A stretch of 64,000 nucleotides of DNA from positions 1 through 64,000 of the IMG/VR virus record IMGVR_UViG_3300017746_000005; one strand, given 5' to 3'. This DNA is from an uncultured virus (IMG/VR IMGVR_UViG_3300017746_000005). Lineage: Duplodnaviria; Heunggongvirae; Uroviricota; Caudoviricetes. Within the stretch, counting starts at the first letter, position 1. Every line of letters begins with the position of its first letter. The notes beneath the pieces were generated by a model. That model was given only the letters and a program-made list of their open reading frames with translations, did not search any database and had not been told where the DNA came from. Shown here one piece after another: positions 19,001 through 28,100 of this stretch. The position numbers and the translations under genes were made by a program.

Positions 19001-22000
19001 CTATTGTTTACCAACAACCAACTAATGCGGTATATGATCCAGATATTGGTGAAATAATAATTACTGTTCCAAATCATGGACATGTTAAGGGCGAAACTAT
19101 TAAGTTGACTGATAATTCGTTTACATTTACTTGTGAATTAGATGATAATCAGACTCAACACACTTATCCAAGACTTACTGACCCAGCTGGTGGTGGATAT
19201 GCTTCTACTACTAATAGTGTTGCAATTACAACCCATACTGATGATACATTTACTATTCCTGTTGGGGCTTCCCCATTGCAGTATTTTCCAGCTACAGGAG
19301 CACAATACAATGCAACTTCTGGTATTCTGACAGTCACTGCACCAAGTCATGGATATGTTAATGGTGATTTTGCCAGATTTACTGATAACTCTTTGGTATT
19401 TACTTGTAGTTTGGACGGGAATGCAACGGAACACCCTTACCCAAGACCCACAGACCCAGCATCTGGAATTGCACTTACAATCAGTAATGTAACGACAAAT
19501 ACGTATGAGGTTAATGTTGGGACATCTACCAACTCATATATTCAAATTACTAACGCAACATACAATCCCAAGACTGGTATTATGTTGGTGGGAACGGGTA
19601 ATACCGCTCATGGACTAACAACCGCAACTGGTAATGTATTGATTCAGGATGGATCGCTCGTATTTACTTGCGATCTCGATAATAATCAAACTCAACATAG
19701 TTATCCAAGGTCAACTGACCCTATATCAGGGGCATCTGCCACTATTGTCGGATATTCTACGAATACCTTTGATATTAATGTTGGGGTATCAACACATACT
19801 TTTAGATCAGCCACTAATGCAGAATATACGGCTTCCATTGGAATTCTAACAGTAACCTGTCCTAATCATGGACTTAGAGTTGGTAGATCCTTCAAATTTA
19901 CTGATAATACTATGAGTTTTACTTGTGGAATGGATGACCACTCCACAGTTCATACTTATCCAAGATCAACCGACCCCTATTCTGATACTAGAGTTGTTGT
20001 TGACGCTAAAACCGATGATACGTTTACGGTAAATGTTGGTCCAACTACAAGTTATTTCTGGGATGTTAGTGGTGCTAACTATGTTCCAGATACTGGGATT
20101 ATTGAGTTGACAGTTGGTACAGGACATACGTTATTCGCTGGCAAACCTGTACGAATCCAACCAGAGTCTTTGATCTTCACATGTACCAAAGACGGTAACT
20201 CTACAGAACATAGATATCCTCAAAAAGGCGATCCATATTGGATCTCTGCAGGTATTGCATCTGTATTGAACACTACAAACGTTAGAATCAATGTTGGTCC
20301 CTCCACAACACCATCATACTATGTTGGTGGTGGAACTATTCAAGGATCCATTGTTGCTCCTAGAGAACAAAATAACTCTACCAGTGGAATGGATTTCTCT
20401 TTCTCTGGCGCTCTTGTTCAAAAAGTTGGTGGAGCAACTACATTTAGTGTTCAAGTTGGTCCTTCTACAACACCACACAACTATAATAGAGGTGGTACAG
20501 TCTCTAGAGCACAGAGATTTGCAGATTCGTTGGACGAGGGGTATGATGGACTATATGTTGGTGAAAGATTAACAGGAGCAACTTTCCGTTCTAATAGTGG
20601 GATTATAACCGAGAGAAATTACTACGCAACTCCAGGAAGAGTTCACAAACCAGTTCGTATTGAAATTACTGCACCAGATCCGTATTTTAATAGGGATTTG
20701 ATATATGCTGAAGGATCTACTGGTATTGGAACTAATGCTGTAGTTGACTTCAGAATTAATGCTGATGGAGAAATACAAGAATATCAAATTACTGAAGAAG
20801 GAGTTGCATTTAAAGTAGACGACATCTTAACCGTTAGTGGAATTTCCACAGACCCAAGGGTTGGAGTGCATACAGAATTTACTCTTAAAGTTATTGAGTT
20901 GAGCAATGATAAGTTCTCTGGATTCTATCCTGGACAATTTATTCTTTTCGATGATATTAGTCAGTTCTTTAATGGACTTAGAAGTAAATTTACCTTATCT
21001 GTAACTACTGGTGGAGAAACAGAAATTCTAAGTTTGAAGACACTTCCTGGAAGTGATATGGATATTAGTAATAATATATTCATTTACATTAATGATATTC
21101 TACAAGTTCCTGGAGAATCTTATATTTTCAAAGGAAGTAGAATTATTTTTAGTGAATCTCCCAAATCTGGATCCAAGTGTTCTGTATTCTACTTCCGAGG
21201 ATCTAAGAGAGATGTGGAGACAATTAATCCACCTCTGACTGTTAAAGCAGGTGATACTGTAACTATTAAAGAGAATAAACTAAATCTATTCGATCTAGAT
21301 CAATTCCCAAGACAAGCTAAGAGAATCGTTGCTTCTGATATTCTTGAAACATTTGCATATAAGAGCGTTGGTATTGATACTGCTCCAACTGCAGAAAGAC
21401 CATTGACATGGAAGAAACAAAGAAGAGATAAGATTCTCTCAGGAACCTTAATTTCTAAGGCTAGACCAAGTTTGAAGTCTAGAACTACACCAACCACTAG
21501 AATTATCAGAAATGTTGGTGAAAGTGATAGAGAAATATATGTGGAAAATGCATTCCCAATCTTCTCGGATATTGATTTGGTAACTCAGTCAGAAAGAAAT
21601 ATCTTGATAATGGATGACCGAGAGATTAGGACAGCAATTAGTACATCTCAAGTTGCTACTTCTTCTAGTGTTTCTAGTATTTCTATTTCAGATAGTGGAG
21701 TTGGATATGCTCTCACGTCACCAGGTGTAACTATTTCTTCTTCTTTGATTACGAGAAAGGATCCAATTTCTGATTGGAGTTTTGATGATATTATCACTGG
21801 ATTTGGACCAGGATTGTATGATTGGAAAGAATTGGCTTATGGTGATCAAGTAATTGCTGTTGGGACAAGTAGTAAATACATCAATACAAAGAGTGGAACT
21901 TTCTGGGAAAGGGGAACCGTTGGATTTGGTGGAACGATTACGATGAATACCGTCGCACTTGGCAAATCAACTTCATCTCCAATAAACTATGTAAGAGCCT

Positions 22001-23499
22001 CTGGGGAATACTCCAAGGTTGTTAAGGGAGTCTCTGTTGGTAATACTTTCACTGATTGGCAAGAAGTTCAATTGATTGAACAACGACAAATTCCTGCAAT
22101 TCAGTCCACGTTGGATTTTGCATCAGAATATGAGGGAACTTTCAATAAAATTATCTTTGAACCAACCAGAGATGCTTGGGTTACTGTGGGAACTGGTGGA
22201 TCTATTTTCACTGGAGTTGGTATTGGAACTACAACGATGTATAGTCGTTATTCTAGAACTCTAGAAGATCTAAATTCAATCGCATATGGAATGGGTGAAT
22301 TTATTGTTGCGGGAAATGGTGGAATGCTCCTTTCCTCAAATGAAGGTTTAGTTTGGACTCCATTATCCAGTAATACTCCAAAGAATATTACGGATATTGT
22401 ATTTGATGGGGATAAATTTGTCTTTGTTGGTGACGGCGGACTTATCGGCATTTCATCTGACAAAAACTTCTGGATGATTTACAGTGATCCAAATGCTACA
22501 AATCCAGCTACATTTGACTTTGATAGAATTAGGTATCAAGATGGATTCTATGTCGGAATTGATACCTCTGGAAATTTACATTACTCATTCGATTTGTCCA
22601 ATTGGACTCTACGAGATATCGATCACTCTCAAGTACTTTCTGACTTAATTAAAACTGATTATGGTATCAATGGAAGAACTATTGCGGTTGGATCTGGATC
22701 AACTGCTTTCTATGCAGATCCAATTATTAATAGAGCTACTGCAAGATCTTCCGTTACCAATGGTATTGTTACTAGTGTCACTGTCGAAAATGGTGGATTT
22801 GGATATGCAGTGGGATCAAGCCCACCAGTGATTATTGAAACAGATCGTACAGTAAGTGAAAAACTTCTCTCTATAGATGCCGTTGGTGACTTTGGTGTTA
22901 TTGTTGGTGTAAATACTAATCGACCTGGAATTGGATTTAGTACTCCACCTACTATAGATTTTGTACTTAAATCTGATTTTTATGATAATACTAACCTTGG
23001 ATATGGATATTCTTCATTGAATACATTGGGCGTAAATTATTCGGAACTATCTGCGGGTGATTACTTTATCATCTATGATAGTCCATTGGTAGTTGGTCAT
23101 GCATTAACTGGCATCACCACTTCTATTGGCGGATATTTAAACTTCCCACTTAACAAGACATCAGAAATTCCCGCAGGAGAACATCTACAGGGAAGATTCT
23201 TTGTTGAAAAAGTAACGCCTGTTGATGTTGTGTCTGGACTAGTTACAGTAACATGCGCTTTCGTGCCCAAACCATTTTCGTCTATTGACATTGAGGTCGG
23301 TCTCGATCCAAATGGACCATATTTCTTAGACAATGAATTTGACTATAAACCATTTTATGGTAAATATACTTGGGGTAAAATTAACAACTATCAAAATAGA
23401 GCTGGTGGAAGTCCCAAACAATTCTTTGTTAATTCAGACAATGGATCGACTGGATTATCAACTGCTGCTGTGGTTACTAGAATTCAACCTTTATCTTAA
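16021..23499 (+). CDS. giant baseplate/virion structural protein (2492 aa), probable C-terminal part of the gp7-like region; internal repeats and a BNR-like beta-propeller
   Basis: LDDIS..F.G....F and I.IN.I.Q.P motifs shared with the 2982-aa protein; ~85-aa FTC..D.....H.YPR repeats; C-terminal GKYTWGKI; directly precedes gp8. Confidence 0.75.
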   Translation: MPRTTPGSGAILRPVFNSSYGVERIEVIAGGNAYTKADPPKIIIEGTETPIVEGIFYPVITGVGTISEVVIFNTGAGYYPVFSTTTSSQVVVDRGSFGSISTIHGSGISSVFVGDYNIVEDDIFFIDAPYGKRGPVGLETGSTFNGRLFSRKFDAFEPQDKNLVLDDISLEFTGVAGTNFRVTENLGIVSSLFNSVNTGVEINNNPFILINNVVQTPNLDFTFNNASDNQLNFLSGVPRAGRLDKVGIDTGCGYYIPVEAAAVAGVNSSGSVDYVQLRGGGQGYRNPPNVRIRATNGIGASATAVLGTKVDTPVGITTAVFDMFSGIGTFTTAAPHDLYDGDRVVITGAGFTFTPLSPIRNINEFGYDYITGIATLSVYGGHYIGTGANQSRHLTLRGIQVTDGISTFTLREDSYPIVSIGNTEEVKINIGIATEGLQYVSAGTVQAGVDTNILEARNIIGFDVIDTPTDDTFEVFLGITTFPHNYVTGGAVQRDQTGIVTAINLTSGGTGYFPAAKVVYSDNTQESGITTFTAHGEQIGVTTNVGIAEYDPVVGILTVRFSENHGLTDDDAVKLEGLVFDTINGPVTFPRGLKKYFGFTVPNNVDINIDATEEMYDLTRNVGVYTGQLLTGTITRYKGHGLKTDDFVVVSGVGQTTTSSVDLRLSDVEYDNVSGVATITTRRNHNFTKNDFVIVSGIAFTCDYSPSIGITTAEYDNISGIMTITTAAPHGYSEGGKAGSVVLSGLGFTCDIDNGASIHYYPRHRDESYQKSISIASTTNTTITLDVGKSPRNESYPHTFASAKTGSVVSGGDYAHSFVGSASSSIILGGEYDYNFVSATSEAIVVGGDYDHTFVSSGSTALWRGGGYPHTFVSAGATAVITGGDYTYTFVPDSNNGGAIAKYTWAGPFLTPTTVGYIPSTGVLTLQFNQPHFLTTNDTVGIATGSLTFTCDMDGNATEHLYPRRRDPVHNRSDIPVASVVNATTITVNVGATPIVYQQPTNAVYDPDIGEIIITVPNHGHVKGETIKLTDNSFTFTCELDDNQTQHTYPRLTDPAGGGYASTTNSVAITTHTDDTFTIPVGASPLQYFPATGAQYNATSGILTVTAPSHGYVNGDFARFTDNSLVFTCSLDGNATEHPYPRPTDPASGIALTISNVTTNTYEVNVGTSTNSYIQITNATYNPKTGIMLVGTGNTAHGLTTATGNVLIQDGSLVFTCDLDNNQTQHSYPRSTDPISGASATIVGYSTNTFDINVGVSTHTFRSATNAEYTASIGILTVTCPNHGLRVGRSFKFTDNTMSFTCGMDDHSTVHTYPRSTDPYSDTRVVVDAKTDDTFTVNVGPTTSYFWDVSGANYVPDTGIIELTVGTGHTLFAGKPVRIQPESLIFTCTKDGNSTEHRYPQKGDPYWISAGIASVLNTTNVRINVGPSTTPSYYVGGGTIQGSIVAPREQNNSTSGMDFSFSGALVQKVGGATTFSVQVGPSTTPHNYNRGGTVSRAQRFADSLDEGYDGLYVGERLTGATFRSNSGIITERNYYATPGRVHKPVRIEITAPDPYFNRDLIYAEGSTGIGTNAVVDFRINADGEIQEYQITEEGVAFKVDDILTVSGISTDPRVGVHTEFTLKVIELSNDKFSGFYPGQFILFDDISQFFNGLRSKFTLSVTTGGETEILSLKTLPGSDMDISNNIFIYINDILQVPGESYIFKGSRIIFSESPKSGSKCSVFYFRGSKRDVETINPPLTVKAGDTVTIKENKLNLFDLDQFPRQAKRIVASDILETFAYKSVGIDTAPTAERPLTWKKQRRDKILSGTLISKARPSLKSRTTPTTRIIRNVGESDREIYVENAFPIFSDIDLVTQSERNILIMDDREIRTAISTSQVATSSSVSSISISDSGVGYALTSPGVTISSSLITRKDPISDWSFDDIITGFGPGLYDWKELAYGDQVIAVGTSSKYINTKSGTFWERGTVGFGGTITMNTVALGKSTSSPINYVRASGEYSKVVKGVSVGNTFTDWQEVQLIEQRQIPAIQSTLDFASEYEGTFNKIIFEPTRDAWVTVGTGGSIFTGVGIGTTTMYSRYSRTLEDLNSIAYGMGEFIVAGNGGMLLSSNEGLVWTPLSSNTPKNITDIVFDGDKFVFVGDGGLIGISSDKNFWMIYSDPNATNPATFDFDRIRYQDGFYVGIDTSGNLHYSFDLSNWTLRDIDHSQVLSDLIKTDYGINGRTIAVGSGSTAFYADPIINRATARSSVTNGIVTSVTVENGGFGYAVGSSPPVIIETDRTVSEKLLSIDAVGDFGVIVGVNTNRPGIGFSTPPTIDFVLKSDFYDNTNLGYGYSSLNTLGVNYSELSAGDYFIIYDSPLVVGHALTGITTSIGGYLNFPLNKTSEIPAGEHLQGRFFVEKVTPVDVVSGLVTVTCAFVPKPFSSIDIEVGLDPNGPYFLDNEFDYKPFYGKYTWGKINNYQNRAGGSPKQFFVNSDNGSTGLSTAAVVTRIQPLS
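18240..20300 (+). repeat. protein-level tandem repeats: seven ~85-aa FTC-x2-D-x5-H-x-YP[RQ] modules and five 18-aa GG[DEG]YxxxFV units
   Basis: FTCDIDNGASIHYYPR, FTCDMDGNATEHLYPR, FTCELDDNQTQHTYPR, FTCSLDGNATEHPYPR, FTCDLDNNQTQHSYPR, FTCGMDDHSTVHTYPR, FTCTKDGNSTEHRYPQ; GGDY-type units at 18451-18693. Confidence 0.85.
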
Positions 23500-23540
23500 C
23501 CACTAAATACTAAAAGAAAAAACGTCTAGTTTTCATCAAA

Positions 23541-25136
23541 ATGCCTGCCATTATATCGGAACAGTTTAGAATTCTAAACGCCGAAACCTTTGTAAAGAGT
23601 TTCGTTGGCGTTGGGTCTACCGTAAACAAATATTATGCATTCATTGGGTTACCCAATGCTTTTGAGGAAGAGGCTGGTGGAACAAGTGACTGGTCTACCA
23701 ATACTCCCGCTCCATTGGATGGGTTCTTTGAAGAACATCAAATCAAGGAATCTATTATTGCAATGAAGAAAATTACGGACAAAGATGTCCGTAGATTAGT
23801 CCGTAAAGTCGAATGGATTGCTGGTACAACTTATGAAATGTATCGACATGACTATACAATTTACAATACAACCCCAATTACAAAACAGGGTAATTTGTAT
23901 GAATCAAATTACTATGTTGTTAATGAAGATCTAAAGGTCTACATTTGTCTTCAAAATGGATCTGATCCAGAAAACCCAAGTGGTAGACCATCGTATGATC
24001 AACCAACTTTTATTGATTTGGAATCAAGAGCCGCAGGTACTTCTGGTGACGGTTATGTTTGGAAATATTTGTATACTATAAAACCATCTGAAATTGTAAA
24101 GTTTGATAGTATTGAATATATTCCAGTTCCCGAGGACTGGGGGATGCGAGGTGAATCTGTAGCAACCAGAAATAACTCTATTGATGGAAAAATTGAAGTC
24201 GTAGTTATTGACACTAGAGGGTCTAATTACCAACCAATTTCTACATCATTCTCCAATGTTGATATTTTGGGTGATGGTATTGGTGGTAAGGCAACCGTAA
24301 CCATTGATTCCTTTGGTAAAGTATCTGAGGTATTCGTTACTGATGGCGGATCTGGATATACTCATGGATCTATTCAATTCTTCCCAGGAGCTCCTGGAAG
24401 TCAGGAAGGCGGACCACTAGAAAACCTTACTAATACTGGTATTGGTACTACTTCTATTGGTAACTTTAGTGTAATTATTCCACCAAAAGGTGGACATGGA
24501 TATGATGTCTACAGAGAATTGGGTGCATATAGAGCTCTTCTATATTCTAGATTCGAGACTATTGAAACTAACCCAGATATTATTGAGGGTAATGATTTTG
24601 CTAGAGTTGGAGTTATCAAAAATCCAACAATCTTTGGCAGTAACACTGAACTTTTGGAGACCTCTCAAGTTAGTGGACTGAAAGGGATTAAGATGGGTGG
24701 TATCACCACAGCGACAACATATGCTGTAGACTCCGAAATTACCCAGACAGTTGGTGTTGGTTCCACTGCTATTGGATATGTCGCATCTTGGGATAAAATT
24801 AGTGGAGTTCTTAAATATTACCAACCAATGGGTCTTGCTTCTAGTGAAACTGGATATAAGATTATTCCATTTTCGGCAAGTCCTGATGCGGGATTTGGGT
24901 TGACAATTACTGGGGAAACTGTCACTGGACCATTACTATCAGTAAATACTGATTTTAACGGTGTAAGTACCTCAATAAATAATAAGACATACCAACTTGG
25001 TCTTAACTTTGTTGCTGGTATTGCGTCTGCCGAATACAACACTAAGTCTGGCGAAATTATCTATATTGATAATAGAGCCCCTATTCCTAGATCTGCAAGT
25101 CAGAAAGAAGACATCAAGATTGTTCTGGAGTTCTAA
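23541..25136 (+). CDS. gp8: baseplate wedge subunit gp8
   Basis: MPAIISEQFRILNA, YEMYRHDY, DGYVWKYLY, SGEIIYIDNR.PI.R...QKEDIKIVLEF; ACTAAATA at 23502-23509. Confidence 0.93.
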   Translation: MPAIISEQFRILNAETFVKSFVGVGSTVNKYYAFIGLPNAFEEEAGGTSDWSTNTPAPLDGFFEEHQIKESIIAMKKITDKDVRRLVRKVEWIAGTTYEMYRHDYTIYNTTPITKQGNLYESNYYVVNEDLKVYICLQNGSDPENPSGRPSYDQPTFIDLESRAAGTSGDGYVWKYLYTIKPSEIVKFDSIEYIPVPEDWGMRGESVATRNNSIDGKIEVVVIDTRGSNYQPISTSFSNVDILGDGIGGKATVTIDSFGKVSEVFVTDGGSGYTHGSIQFFPGAPGSQEGGPLENLTNTGIGTTSIGNFSVIIPPKGGHGYDVYRELGAYRALLYSRFETIETNPDIIEGNDFARVGVIKNPTIFGSNTELLETSQVSGLKGIKMGGITTATTYAVDSEITQTVGVGSTAIGYVASWDKISGVLKYYQPMGLASSETGYKIIPFSASPDAGFGLTITGETVTGPLLSVNTDFNGVSTSINNKTYQLGLNFVAGIASAEYNTKSGEIIYIDNRAPIPRSASQKEDIKIVLEF

Positions 25137-25142
25137 AGAAAA

Positions 25143-28100
25143 ATGCCACAGAATACCAACTTAAATTCATCTCCATATTTTGATGATTTCAGTGCGTCTA
25201 ATAATTATCAGAGGGTTCTGTTTAAGCCTGGACTCCCAATTCAGTCTAGGGAATTAACTACTCTACAGTCAATTCTGCAGAACCAAATTGAGAAGTTTGG
25301 TAAGCATATGTTTAAAGAGGGATCTGTAGTTATCCCTGGACAAATTGCATATGACGATGAGTATACCTCTGTCCAGATTGATGAGTCTCATTTAGGACTT
25401 CCAGTTTCTTTGTATTTGAATTCCCTAAAAGGAAAGAGAATCAAGGGAGAAACTAGTGGTGTTAAAGCAAAGATTGAAGATTATATTACGAATTCTGAGT
25501 CCGAAAAAAGCAATTATACGTTATACATTAAATATGAAGGTGCTAGTGAAAACGATTTCTCTGGTACAACTTTCACCGATGGTGAAAATTTAATCGCTCA
25601 AGAAGATATTGACTACACCCTTTCTAGTATTAGAACGGGAACTAGTTTTGCTACAGCAATTATTTCTAATTCTACTGCCGTAGGATCTGCTGCAAAACTT
25701 GCCAATGGTGTATATTTCATTCGTGGATTCTTTGTAGATGTACCAGATTCTACAGTAATTCTAGATCAATATGCTGATGCACCAAGTTATAGAGTTGGTC
25801 TAGACATTTCCGAAGAACTTGTAACTGCTTCGGATGAATATAACGATTTGTATGACAATGCTAGGGGATTTTCAAACTTTGCAGCTCCTGGTGCAGATCG
25901 ACTAAAAATTTCAACAAAGCTTATTAAGAAGTCTCTAAACGATTTCAATGATGAAAATTTCATTGAATTGCTTAGGATTGAAGAAGGGGATATTCGGAAG
26001 TTTAGTAATACCACTACATATGATTTAATTACTGATGAGTTAGCGAGAAGAACATATGATGAGTCTGGAGATTACTACATTACTCCATTTGGTATTAATG
26101 TTAAGGAAACACTTAATGATAGGATTGGTAATGATGGAGCATATTATTCCAATCAAACTACTCAACAAGGAAATATTCCCAGTAAGGATGTAGTATCTCT
26201 TTCAATTGGACCTGGAAAGGCATATGTTCGTGGATATGAAGTGGAGACTCTGAATACTAGTACACTAGATATTCCTAAACCAAGAACAACAGAAAATGTT
26301 GTCAATGAAGCTTTGCCTTTTAGTGTAGGCAGAACTATTGAAGTCAATAACGTTTATGGATCTCCTGCAGTTGGTCTTGGAACAGAAGGACTTTTAAATC
26401 TCTATGGATCTAGAACTGCAACCCCAGGATCTGTTAGTGGACTTCATGTTGGTGTTGCAAGACTCTATGATTTTAGATTGAGAGATGCTGCATATGCAAA
26501 TGAAGGTACTACTTTTAGAGCATCGTTGTATGATATTCAAACTTTTACATATTTGCAATTAAACGCCGAGTCATCTATTAATGTTCCTGCATTTATTGAG
26601 GGACAGAATAGTAGTGCATCTGGATTTGTATTTTCGGCTTCATCAAAGAGTAATCAACTGGTTTTGTATCAGGTTAATGGAGAGTTCCAAAATAATGAAG
26701 AAATTCTTGTGAATGGAGAACGAATTAATAGAAGTATTACTGAGTTTGATGATTATGGTATTCAAGATGTCTATCAAATCGCATCTTCTGATGGAGTAGC
26801 ATTTACTGCTGATACTAAGCTGACTAATAAAATTAGGTTTGCAGAACCTGGAAGTGAATATACAGTTAGTATTGAAAGTGCGGGTGTATCTACAATTACT
26901 TCTCCTAATGCCAATTTTGGCGCAGTAAGTGGTATTTCTACTGGTGATGTGATCGCATATAGTAAAGCAGCTACTGCAACACCGTCATATGCTGTCGTAA
27001 AACAGATTGGTACTAATGCAAGAAGCATAATTGTTGAAGCAACTACTACCGTAACCAATGTAAACGTAGGTGCTCTTCCAACTAGTGAGATTACTGCAAG
27101 TGACGTGAATAAAGTCACTTTGGAAATTCTTAATAGTGGAAGTAATACTTTATATGCAGAACTTACCGAACCAAACGTTTCTTCTGTAAATCTCAACGAC
27201 GCTGAGATTATTTTCAAGAAAACATACTATATTGCAGTTTCTTCTGGTGCATATAGTGCAACATTAGAATCTGATTCAAGTCTAACTTTGGAACCTTATG
27301 ATGCCGAAGATTATAACGTATCCTTCGATTCTACTGGAACAACTGAGTCTCTTTCCGATCAAAAATTGACAGTTTCTGGTAGGACCGTCACTCTTTCTCA
27401 GATGAGTGAAGATGGCGCCGCTACTCTTACCGTAACGTGGAAGAAGAAAAATCCTAAAGCTAAAAACAAAGTATTCAGCAGAGCTAATACTATTCAAATT
27501 TCCAATTCATCTACAAATACTTCTGGAATCGGAAATTCCAGTGGAAATGATGGGTTAACATTCTCTGAGGTTTATGGAACTAGAGTCCAAGATAAAAGAA
27601 TTTCTCTAGGAATTTGTGATGTAGCAAGAGTTGCTGCTGTTTTTGAATCTTCTTCAAATAGTAGTCCACAACTTCCAAAAATTATCCTAACGGATTTGAA
27701 TGCATCTATCACCAATGCACTTAAAGGTGAATCCATAGTTGGAGAAACCTCTGGGGCATCTGCAATTTTTGTAGAAACTAATGGAACGAATGAAGCATCA
27801 TTTATCTACGAAAACGAAAGTGTATTCCAAAGTGGGGAAACTGTAATTTTTCAAGATTCTAATATTAGTGCTAACGTACAATCTTTTCTTTCTGGAGACA
27901 GAGATATTAAGAATAACTTTGAATTTGATCCTGGTCAAAATGAAGATTATATAGATTTCTCTTCTCTTATAAGAAAAAATTCTGCAAATGCTCCAACTAA
28001 GAGATTGACGGTCGTCTACGATAGTTTTGTTATTGAAAATTCTGATCCTGGTGATCTTGTTTCAGTCGATTCTTACGATGCTACTCTTTATGGTAATACT

